Positions 1 through 7,714 of a stretch of 45,601 nucleotides of DNA are shown in pieces. The notes under the pieces were generated by a model, which did no database searches, was not told where the DNA came from, and was given only the letters and a program-made list of their open reading frames with translations. Numbering within the stretch: position 1 is the stretch's first letter; the number at the start of each line of letters is the position of its first letter. Both the position numbers and the translations under genes were made by a program. The DNA comes from a candidate division WOR-3 bacterium (GTDB lineage: Bacteria; SDB-A), in contig JAFGSQ010000056.1 of NCBI GenBank assembly GCA_016934535.1, positions 62,001 through 107,601 of the forward strand. The letters run 5' to 3'.

Positions 1-804
1 GTTGCCGTTTCCGAGTCTGTAAACGCCTCTGGCGCCGCTGAAAGGCAGTGTCCTGAATATAGTTCCGCTCGTGTCAAAATCAGTGACGTTGTTCGCGGAA
101 AATCCGGCTACCAGAAATTCTCCTGGCTGAACCGGATCGGAAATTATCTGCTCGGGAAAATTAATAGATATAATTTGTTTCACGAAACTCCCCGAAGCGT
201 CGTAGAGTCTTACGTTGTCTGAAGATCCTTCTATGTCGGCCACAAGAGCGCTTCCGTCCGAGAGGAAAAATATGTCGAAAGGATCTATGGTTCCTGCGGG
301 GACGAAAAAGCCCGCAGACGAATGAGGACCGCTGAACATGAAAATAGCCTTGTTGCCGGTTCCTCCGCATGTGACGAACAGAGTGTCGTTTCTGAAAGCG
401 ATTCCCCTGACGTTGTCCAATCCGTCGGAGGCGTCTGCCGCTATGTACAAGAAATTTCCCAGAGAATCGAAAGCGTATACGGCGTCTGATACTTGATCTG
501 AGAGGAAAATAATATTAGATGGTCCCTGTATGGCGTTGATAGGTGTTTGAAGGTCGTAATTGAGTCCGGTGGGATCGTCTACAATTATGTTTCCGATGTA
601 TGTTCCGTCGTAGGGCGAAAACATGCCTACTACGTCGGCGTTTGAATCCGGGATAAGAAGAACCGACGCCTTGGGCATAGAAGATTTCTCATAGACTTGT
701 TTTCCTGTCCAAGGATTGATACCCGACATCTCAGCCTCTTCCTGATTTGCAAAAATCATGATGGGAAGAGACAACAAAAACATGACACTGATTAAACGCT
801 TCAT
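1..804 (-). CDS. Secreted beta-propeller (NHL/SMP-30-like) protein, 3' end runs off the window
   Basis: Not in the ORF track because its stop lies outside the window. Manual translation from ATG 804: MKRLISVMFLLSLPIMIFA (signal-peptide-like) then LLIPDSNADVVGMFSPYDGTYIG...IFLSDQVSDAVYAFDSLGNF...DNVRGIAFRNDTLFVT...ALVADIEGSSDNVRLYDASGSF, i.e. repeated blade-like motifs. GGAGG RBS at 809-813. Open to position 1. Confidence 0.75.
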   Translation of the reverse strand, partial: MKRLISVMFLLSLPIMIFANQEEAEMSGINPWTGKQVYEKSSMPKASVLLIPDSNADVVGMFSPYDGTYIGNIIVDDPTGLNYDLQTPINAIQGPSNIIFLSDQVSDAVYAFDSLGNFLYIAADASDGLDNVRGIAFRNDTLFVTCGGTGNKAIFMFSGPHSSAGFFVPAGTIDPFDIFFLSDGSALVADIEGSSDNVRLYDASGSFVKQIISINFPEQIISDPVQPGEFLVAGFSANNVTDFDTSGTIFRTLPFSGARGVYRLGNGN

Positions 805-839
805 TTTTCCTCCTTTTTTCGTTACGGTTAATATAATTA

Positions 840-848
840 ATTATAACA
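840..848 (-). promoter_or_regulatory. Extended -10 promoter element (TGtTATAAT)
   Basis: Perfect TATAAT preceded by TGn, 35 nt upstream of ATG 804. Confidence 0.45.
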
Positions 849-881
849 TAATTACAGGCGTTGAAAAAAGAAACTGAGGTC

Positions 882-1235
882 TCAACCACCGAAAATCGTC
901 TTTCTGAAAATGAAAAAAACGGCGCCGAGAATGCAGAGTCCGGCCCAGAGAAAATCAATGTCGGGTTTTTCTCTGAAATAGAAAACAGAAAAAGGAATGA
1001 AAACGGAAAGTGTTATGACTTCCTGGAGGATTTTAAGCTGTCCTAAGTTCATCGCCTGATGACCAATCCTGTTGGCCGGAACCTGAATAAGGTATTCGAA
1101 AAAAGCGATTGCCCAGCTGGCAATTGAGGCTATTATCCAGGGTTTTTGCGATAAATTTTTGAGGTGTGCATACCAGGCGAAGGTCATAAAGATGTTGCTG
1201 CAGATCAATAGAATTACCGTAATTAAATAATGCAT
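882..1235 (-). CDS. DMT-superfamily small membrane protein (DUF486-like)
   Basis: Signatures SNIFMTFAWYAHLK, SWAIAFFEYLIQVPANRIG, QLKILQEVITL; about four TM segments. Confidence 0.9.
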   Translation of the reverse strand: MHYLITVILLICSNIFMTFAWYAHLKNLSQKPWIIASIASWAIAFFEYLIQVPANRIGHQAMNLGQLKILQEVITLSVFIPFSVFYFREKPDIDFLWAGLCILGAVFFIFRKTIFGG

Positions 1236-1325
1236 ATAAAATCCTTTTAGCCGGAAATTATAAGGGATTTTTTATTCCTGCAAAGTATTATTTGCGCCGA
1301 TTTTAATGCGGAGAAAAATTCTTTC

Positions 1326-1334
1326 TGATAGAAT
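1326..1334 (+). promoter_or_regulatory. Extended -10 element (TGaTAGAAT) for the cyclase gene
   Basis: TGATAGAAT followed by a GAGAGGA SD-like sequence and ATG 1352. The same 12-mer TTCTGATAGAAT occurs at 6752-6763. Confidence 0.45.
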
Positions 1335-1351
1335 TTCGGCAGAGAGGACGG

Positions 1352-4300
1352 ATGAAAAATTCAATGAAGACAAGAAGGTTAGTCCCAAACATTGTCGAAG
1401 ATTTTTTCCTCAATAAAATACAGTTCAAAGAGTTTGAAGGAGCGGTTTTGTTCCTCGACATTTCCGGCTTCACTTCGACAACGGAAGAGCTGATGAAAAA
1501 CGGAAAAGAAGGCGCTGAGGTACTTTCAAAAATAATAAACGACGTCTTCACTCCGGCGATATCCGCCGTCGAAAGACATTCCGGGTTCGTCCCAGTTTTT
1601 GCAGGAGACGCGTTTTATGCCGTGTTTCCAGCCGGAAAGAAAATTAATAAATCCTCCACAGTGTCCGCTCTTTTAGCCGCCGGCGAGATTGTGAGTGAAT
1701 TCACCGGTTTGAATCCCGTCAAAACCAGGTTTGGAGATTTCGTTTTCTCGCCTAAAATCGCCCTATCGTCTGGTAAAATCATTTTTAAGACAATCGATTG
1801 CGGCGGACGGTACTTGTATTATTTTCAGGGAAAACCGTTTGACGAGACGGCTGAACTGCAAAAAAAATGTGGTGACAATGAAGTTTTGGCGAATACAAAA
1901 ATAAAAAAAGCCGTAAAAACTGACAAAAGATACAAGTTTATAAAGAAAACCGAAAATTTTTTTGCCGCGGATATTAGATTAAAAAAAAACAAAGAGCTGA
2001 AAAAACAGTCGAAAAAGATTTCGATCCGAATTGCAGAAAAATTCATTCCAAAGAGTGTTCTTTCCAAAAAAGAAACGGGTGAATTCAGGGACACAGTGGC
2101 GTGCTTCATTTCTCTGGAAAGAGTTAAAGACATTGATCAGGCAATAAAAAACGCCGTCGTCATTTCAGAGAAATTCGGTGGGTACATGAACAAAATAATC
2201 GCAGGCGACAAAGGGGTTGTAGCCCTGACTATTTTCGGCGCTCCGACGGCGGTCGAGAAACCTCTTGAAAAAGCCGTCAGATTCTCACTTGAGCTCAATT
2301 CGGTGTCAAAACGCTCTGTGAAGACGGGAATTTCCCGAGGAGTGACCTACGCTGGATTTGTCGGATCCCCGGATATGAGCGAATACACTGTGATGGGAAA
2401 AAGCGTCAACCTGGCGGCAAGATTGATGGTAAAAGGTAAAAAAGGGCAAATTCTGATTGATGAAAGAACAGCACAGGCGTTAACGGACAGATTCATTCTA
2501 AAGACTGAAGGAAAGCGGAAATTCAAAGGAATCAAGGAAAGAATGGATTTGTTTTCAGTTGATGAGGCGGGCAAAGAAGAAATCACGGGAAATTTTGACG
2601 ACCTTTTTGTAGGAAGAGAAAAGGAAAGAAATCAGATCATTGATGTTCTGAAAAAGACTTTGAAAGAAAAGGTCAACGGAGGAATGATTTTCATCGACGG
2701 AGAACCTGGCATGGGCAAGACCAGACTCGTGTCTGAAGTTCTGAACGAAGAGGAAATAAAAGATTCGTTCACGATTGTATTTTTATCATTTGAACCTTCG
2801 CAGAGTGAAAGCCTGTCGCCTTTCGTAAAATTTTTGAAAAACTACTTTTTCAGTGCAAAAAACGATTTCGACGCTGTTTTGAGTGAACTGGCTGAAAAAA
2901 CCGGAGACAGAGTTTTGAGGGAAGAGCTTTTGCGGGGAAGAGATTTTTTGGCTTACTTCACCGGTGTTGAAAAAGACTTGATCAATTACCCGGGAATCAA
3001 ACCCGAAAAAATAAGCGAAAATTTTTTTTACGCTTTTAAAGCGATGATCAAAGCGCTTTCTTCATTTAAGCCGATCATTTTGACCGTGGATGATTTTCAA
3101 TGGGTGGATGAAGATTCTATAGATCTTATGAGGGTGCTTTCGATAAACGTCGAAAAATTCCCTTATGTCTTTTTAGCTACCTGCAGATTGAAAGACGACG
3201 GTCAGGTCTTTGACCCGGAGACTGAATTTCCTGTTGTCAAAAGAATATTAATAGAACATTTCGGCGTAGAACTGACGGGAAAAATGCTTGAAAACACATG
3301 GAAGTCAGAAAAACTGCCCCAAAAGACTATTGAGTTTTTTCACGAAAAAACCGGTGGGAATCCGTTTTTTATAGAACAGTTCGCGCTTTATTTCATGGAA
3401 AATAAACTTTTAAGTCCAGATTTCAGCATAGCAGGCCAAACCGATGGTATTCCCTCTGATATAAATTCGGTCATAACAGCCAGATTCGACAGGCTGACGG
3501 ATGATTTGAAAGAAGCCATCAAAAACGCGTCTGTTCTCGGCAAGGAATTTGCCGTCGATGTTTTGTCCCGGATGCTGAGAAATAAAAGGATATCCCGCGA
3601 CCTAAGGTCGGGAGAAAACGAACAGATATGGACGAGGATTGAAAAAATTAGATACATGTTCAGGCACGTTCTCATAAGAGATTCAGTCTATCAAATGATA
3701 CTCAAAGAGAAACTGAGATCTCTTCATAACCTCGCAGGAAGCATAATCGAAGAGATATACGCCGAAGATATTTCAAGTCATTATGTCGAACTTATTGAGC
3801 ACTGGGACAGGGCTGAAAACGCCGATAGAGTTATTAAAACCGGGAGAGACGCCGTCAAACATGCCGCTGAAAAAGGTATGAAAAAAGACTCTCTGACCTG
3901 TTATGAAACTATGGACAGGTATTTGACCGGTTCGGAAAAGACTGTCAACAAAATACAGTGGGCGCAGACCCTTTATAATACTTCGAATTTCAAAAAAGCG
4001 ATTGCCGTGGCTGAGGAAGCTCTCATTGAAGCTGAAAAAGATCATGACAAAAAATCTCACAGTAGATTGGTCAATTTGATTTTCGAAGTGAAGCTTCACG
4101 TCGGAGACAGGGAAGAAATCAGAAGAAAGTTCGACGCATTAAAAGAGCTTCTGGAGAACACAGACGACCCTGTATCTCTGATCAACACTCTCGACAATAT
4201 TGCCATGTATCATCATCACTCCGGGTATGAAGAACAGGGTTATGTCTACGCAAAGAGGGCTTTGGAAGAGGCAGAAAAACTTGCAGATTCATCGGAGAAC

Positions 4301-5185
4301 AGACAGTATCTCAATATACTTGCAAAAAATTACAGCATAATATCCGTGTTTTTCGGAAGGGAAGTCGGCCTTGACAGGGTTTTTGAGTATCTGGACAGAG
4401 CTCTTAAAATCGCTGAAAGAATTGAAAGTAAACCCGCCAAGGCTGTTTTGTACGGTAATCTCGGTCTTTCATACATGGAGATAAAACTCGACGCGGATAA
4501 AGCCATGTTTAATTTTAAAAAAGCCCTGGAACTATACGAAGAATTCCAGGATAGAAACGGATCGGTGACGACACTTAACAACATGGCATTGATTGCTCTG
4601 CACAAAAAAGAATTAAAAAAGGCCGAAGAATTGTTCAGAAGAGCTCATTCAATATCGATTGAAATCGGAGACATTCCTGTACAAATACTCTGCCTTATCA
4701 ATTTGTGCAGTGTCGAGAGAAATAGGGGCAGGTACGATAAAGCTCTCGCGTTGCTGGACGAAGCAATTGAAAAAGTGAATAAATGCGGCAAAGACCTTTT
4801 TCTTGCGGAACATTACGACATCAGGTTTGGAATCAATATCCTGAAAAAGGACTATGAAGAAGCCGAAAAGAGCAACGAAGCCCTTCTTGCGATGCACGGA
4901 AAACTTAAAAATGATTATCTGCTTTTCAGGTATGAGATAAACTCAGCCGAATTGGTTTACGAGCGGGGTGACGCAGAAAACGCTGAAAAAAAACTGAATC
5001 AAATGCTCGAAAAATGGGGAAATACGATCCAAAAGGCGGAAATATTTTACTTGATGTGGAAAATCAAACGGACAAGCGAGTCCAGGCAAAGGGCTGCATA
5101 TCTATACAAAAAACTGATAGAAGAGGAAACCGGAGAGTACAAACAGCTGTCCTATATTGACAAGTATGAAGAATTGACTTCTTAG
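1352..5185 (+). CDS. Class III adenylate cyclase (tandem sAC-like C1/C2) - STAND/AAA ATPase - TPR protein
   Basis: C1 LFLDISGFT...FAGDA; C2 YMNKIIAGDKG...EYTVMGKSVNLAARLM; FVGREKE; Walker A GEPGMGKT; Walker B ILTVDDFQWVD; TGGNPFF (GxP); C-terminal TPR-like repeats (LYGNLGLSY, TLNNMALIAL, CLINLCSV). Confidence 0.9.
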   Translation: MKNSMKTRRLVPNIVEDFFLNKIQFKEFEGAVLFLDISGFTSTTEELMKNGKEGAEVLSKIINDVFTPAISAVERHSGFVPVFAGDAFYAVFPAGKKINKSSTVSALLAAGEIVSEFTGLNPVKTRFGDFVFSPKIALSSGKIIFKTIDCGGRYLYYFQGKPFDETAELQKKCGDNEVLANTKIKKAVKTDKRYKFIKKTENFFAADIRLKKNKELKKQSKKISIRIAEKFIPKSVLSKKETGEFRDTVACFISLERVKDIDQAIKNAVVISEKFGGYMNKIIAGDKGVVALTIFGAPTAVEKPLEKAVRFSLELNSVSKRSVKTGISRGVTYAGFVGSPDMSEYTVMGKSVNLAARLMVKGKKGQILIDERTAQALTDRFILKTEGKRKFKGIKERMDLFSVDEAGKEEITGNFDDLFVGREKERNQIIDVLKKTLKEKVNGGMIFIDGEPGMGKTRLVSEVLNEEEIKDSFTIVFLSFEPSQSESLSPFVKFLKNYFFSAKNDFDAVLSELAEKTGDRVLREELLRGRDFLAYFTGVEKDLINYPGIKPEKISENFFYAFKAMIKALSSFKPIILTVDDFQWVDEDSIDLMRVLSINVEKFPYVFLATCRLKDDGQVFDPETEFPVVKRILIEHFGVELTGKMLENTWKSEKLPQKTIEFFHEKTGGNPFFIEQFALYFMENKLLSPDFSIAGQTDGIPSDINSVITARFDRLTDDLKEAIKNASVLGKEFAVDVLSRMLRNKRISRDLRSGENEQIWTRIEKIRYMFRHVLIRDSVYQMILKEKLRSLHNLAGSIIEEIYAEDISSHYVELIEHWDRAENADRVIKTGRDAVKHAAEKGMKKDSLTCYETMDRYLTGSEKTVNKIQWAQTLYNTSNFKKAIAVAEEALIEAEKDHDKKSHSRLVNLIFEVKLHVGDREEIRRKFDALKELLENTDDPVSLINTLDNIAMYHHHSGYEEQGYVYAKRALEEAEKLADSSENRQYLNILAKNYSIISVFFGREVGLDRVFEYLDRALKIAERIESKPAKAVLYGNLGLSYMEIKLDADKAMFNFKKALELYEEFQDRNGSVTTLNNMALIALHKKELKKAEELFRRAHSISIEIGDIPVQILCLINLCSVERNRGRYDKALALLDEAIEKVNKCGKDLFLAEHYDIRFGINILKKDYEEAEKSNEALLAMHGKLKNDYLLFRYEINSAELVYERGDAENAEKKLNQMLEKWGNTIQKAEIFYLMWKIKRTSESRQRAAYLYKKLIEEETGEYKQLSYIDKYEELTS

Positions 5186-5190
5186 CTGGG

Positions 5191-5670
5191 TTAGTTCTTT
5201 TGACGGCGTTTTTGTAAAAAAATCAGGTCTGATAAAAAGGCGGCTGTCAAAACAGCAAAAATTGTAAATGTTTCGAGTCTAAAAAAACTTCCTTTGACTT
5301 CGGGAAGATTTTGAAACAGAACAATGAAAATTGTCTTTATGGGCTCAAACCAACTTTTTGCTTGGGTCAGAACGTCAATTCTTACAAGATAAAATACAGC
5401 GCAAGCCGCCACGGCCAAGAAATACAAGCAGTTCAACAGCCTTTCTTCGGTTTTGATCTTTTTTCTTCTTGCCGAAACGGCTTTGACCGTTTTGATTGTG
5501 AAGTCCCTAGGTATTTCAGTCCTCTCAGAAGAGAGGTGTTTGAAAAGAGTCTCGTATTCACTTAGTTTCTTTGAACAGGACGCGCAGTGGGAGAGATGGT
5601 CTGTCACAGATGCGTCTTTTTTCCCCCCGTCGAGAAATTCCTGAAAAATGTCTTCGTCAACATGCTTCAT
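5191..5670 (-). CDS. Zinc-binding (ZAS-type) membrane anti-sigma factor
   Basis: N-terminal H...FLDG...DHLSHCASC (HxxxCxxC), two TM segments, overlaps the 3' end of the ECF sigma gene. Confidence 0.8.
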   Translation of the reverse strand: MKHVDEDIFQEFLDGGKKDASVTDHLSHCASCSKKLSEYETLFKHLSSERTEIPRDFTIKTVKAVSARRKKIKTEERLLNCLYFLAVAACAVFYLVRIDVLTQAKSWFEPIKTIFIVLFQNLPEVKGSFFRLETFTIFAVLTAAFLSDLIFLQKRRQKN

Positions 5671-6253
5671 TTGCCGCCTCCTGCGTTCTTAATACCATAT
5701 CTTTCAGGTTTTTTCGAGCCCGGAATAGATAATTTTTTACCGTTCCTAAGGGCATCGATAAAGCGTAAGATATTTCTTCGTATGAAAAATTTTCCGTATG
5801 ATAAAGGGATATTATCTCTCTCTGGACAGGATGAAGCCTCTCCAGGCATTTTTCTACCAGCTGATTGCACTCCTCCCTTTGCCGGTTAAGAGAGGATTCT
5901 TTATGAGAATTTTGTAAGGACTTTTCATCCAAAAATATCTCTTCTTTTTCTCCAAAATTCATTTTGCTGAAAGATACGGTTTTTTTTCTTTTTTTAAGCA
6001 AGTTGCACGCGTGATTGTATGATATTTTCGCTATCCACGTAGAAAGTTTACAACCGTGTTTAAAAGAGCCGAGGTTTTCATAGATTTTTATGAATATTTC
6101 CTGACAAGCGTCCTCGAGATCGTCGCTGTCTTCAATCAGTTTTCCCGCGACGTGAAAGACCAGTTTTTTGTATGAATCAATGAAAAAAACGAGAGCTTCT
6201 TCGTCTCCCGACATTATTCGCCGGATTAATTCTTTTTCTTCTTTTTGATCCAT
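5657..6253 (-). CDS. ECF-family RNA polymerase sigma factor
   Basis: Region 2 EDACQEIFIKIY...LSTWIAKISYN; region 4 FSYEEISYALSMPLGTVKNYLFRARKNL. Confidence 0.95.
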   Translation of the reverse strand: MDQKEEKELIRRIMSGDEEALVFFIDSYKKLVFHVAGKLIEDSDDLEDACQEIFIKIYENLGSFKHGCKLSTWIAKISYNHACNLLKKRKKTVSFSKMNFGEKEEIFLDEKSLQNSHKESSLNRQREECNQLVEKCLERLHPVQREIISLYHTENFSYEEISYALSMPLGTVKNYLFRARKNLKDMVLRTQEAANEAC

Positions 6254-6267
6254 TTGATTATTATATC

Positions 6268-6295
6268 AGACAAAAGCAGACGGTGTTTTGTTGCA
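6268..6295 (-). promoter_or_regulatory. Putative ECF promoter TGCAAC-N18-GTCT upstream of the sigma gene
   Basis: Minus strand reads TGCAAC aaaacaccgtctgctttt GTCT. It overlaps a sigma70-like TGaTATAAT (6268-6260). Confidence 0.6.
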
Positions 6296-6316
6296 GAATA
6301 TTGATCTGAAATTTTA

Positions 6317-6344
6317 TGCAACCATTTCGCTTCCCCGATTGTCT
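6317..6344 (+). promoter_or_regulatory. Putative ECF promoter TGCAAC-N18-GTCT upstream of the divergent membrane-protein gene
   Basis: TGCAAC catttcgcttccccgatt GTCT; same boxes and spacing as the opposite-strand copy. Confidence 0.65.
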
Positions 6345-6368
6345 TATTGTTCAAAAGGAGGTGTGAAG

Positions 6369-6695
6369 ATGAACGATTTTTTACCCATGGCTGTCTTTTT
6401 AGGAACGATTTACGGCATAGTGAAGCTGTCGATGGACTACAAAATAAAAAAGAGACTGATAGAAAAGGGAGACAACAATTTCGATCTCAACAGTTTGTCG
6501 AAAAACGGTCCCGGGTACGCAGTTCTTATGTGGGCGATGATCCTCATATCCCTGGCTGCTGCAATTTTGCTGGGATTTCTTTTCTTCCCTGAAATCAGGA
6601 TGGAAGCGACAAGCGCAATGATGCTCGGACTGAGCGGCTTCAGCATGATAGTGTATTTTGTCATAAGCAAGATTCTTGACAGAAAGAAAAAATAA
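6369..6695 (+). CDS. Small three-TM membrane protein (DUF6249-like), probable ECF target
   Basis: AAGGAGG RBS at 6355-6361 supports ATG 6369 over 6288. TM, then KIKKRLIEKG, then two TMs; divergent from the ECF sigma. Confidence 0.7.
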   Translation: MNDFLPMAVFLGTIYGIVKLSMDYKIKKRLIEKGDNNFDLNSLSKNGPGYAVLMWAMILISLAAAILLGFLFFPEIRMEATSAMMLGLSGFSMIVYFVISKILDRKKK

Positions 6696-6715
6696 TCCTC
6701 TGTTCCTGCCGTTTG

Positions 6716-6744
6716 ACCGGGGGTGAATCCCCCGGTTTTTTTTT
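6716..6744 (+). terminator. Rho-independent terminator
   Basis: ACCGGGGG-tgaat-CCCCCGGT stem followed by a T run, 20 nt after stop 6695. Confidence 0.9.
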
Positions 6745-6769
6745 GCCTGGATTCTGATAGAATATTCAG

Positions 6770-7696
6770 GTGACTAAAGATGAATTTCAGAAAACGGCCG
6801 ACTCTGTCGGACTTGTCAGCGATAATAAAAAAAATGGTACTTTCGAAATAATCCTCGACAAAATCGAAAGTATGAAAAAATACAATTCCGTGGAATGCCA
6901 TCTGGTTTTGTATCCTTATTCGGACGAAGTCTCGTCCAGGGATTTTGTATTTACTCCGTACGAGGAATACGTCCGCGACATTCTGGTCAAACAAAGATCT
7001 GCTTATGCTGAAATGACAGACAGGTTTGGAAATTTTTTCGGGCTTTTCCTCGGTGTTGTCATCATTGCAATTTTTGCGATATTCAAACCCGAAGATCTCC
7101 TGTCTGTCGAATCGCTGGTGTCGGTCATTGGCTCTTACCTCATAGGGAAAGAAATATGGGATGACATAGAAAACATTCTCATAAATCTCACGAAAAAAAT
7201 GACAGTCAGGATGGTCGAGAATTATTACAGATTTCAGCTCGAAAAGCATTCCACGCTGACGTTATATTCATTGTTCGCCAAAAAAAGAAGGTACGGAAGG
7301 GAGACCATCGTCCCGGAAAAGATAGATTTTATCCAACACAGCAATTCCCAGACCCTGAGGCTTTATTTTTCAAAAAAAGAGATAAGAAAGATACCCGGTT
7401 CTTCAGCCCTGATGGTAACTTTGTCCGTCACTCCCGACAAAATTACCGAATTTCTCGAAAAAGGCTGGCTTTTCGGAGTAAAACTGAGCCTGAACAAGAG
7501 TTTTATTTGTTTCAAGAAAAGTGTCGAACTTTTTCAATCCCTCGACGGCCAGAAGAAGGGATGCCTCGACGAGGCAGGCAATTGGCACGAGGGATCGGTT
7601 TTTAAAAGGAAAACTTTTACTTTTTGGAAGATCAAGGCTTTTTTGTCAAAAAAACTGACCGATGATTTCTCTCTTGTTTATTCGAAGAGTGAATAG
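6770..7696 (+). CDS. Hypothetical membrane-associated protein (308 aa)
   Basis: Long ORF filling the gap, GTG start, central hydrophobic hairpin (FFGLFLGVVIIAIFAIF...LVSVIGSYLIG); no recognisable family motif. Confidence 0.7.
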   Translation: MTKDEFQKTADSVGLVSDNKKNGTFEIILDKIESMKKYNSVECHLVLYPYSDEVSSRDFVFTPYEEYVRDILVKQRSAYAEMTDRFGNFFGLFLGVVIIAIFAIFKPEDLLSVESLVSVIGSYLIGKEIWDDIENILINLTKKMTVRMVENYYRFQLEKHSTLTLYSLFAKKRRYGRETIVPEKIDFIQHSNSQTLRLYFSKKEIRKIPGSSALMVTLSVTPDKITEFLEKGWLFGVKLSLNKSFICFKKSVELFQSLDGQKKGCLDEAGNWHEGSVFKRKTFTFWKIKAFLSKKLTDDFSLVYSKSE

Positions 7697-7714
7697 ACGG
7701 TTTTTTGATTTATA

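Noticed and set aside
882-5185. DMT gene plus cyclase as a Pycsar/CBASS-like cyclase-effector defence pair
   Set aside because: The genes are divergent, the membrane protein is a DUF486-type DMT with no cyclic-nucleotide-binding domain, and there is no defence-island context.
6437-7249. 270-aa minus-strand ORF
   Set aside because: Antisense to two better-supported genes, crosses a terminator, no motifs.
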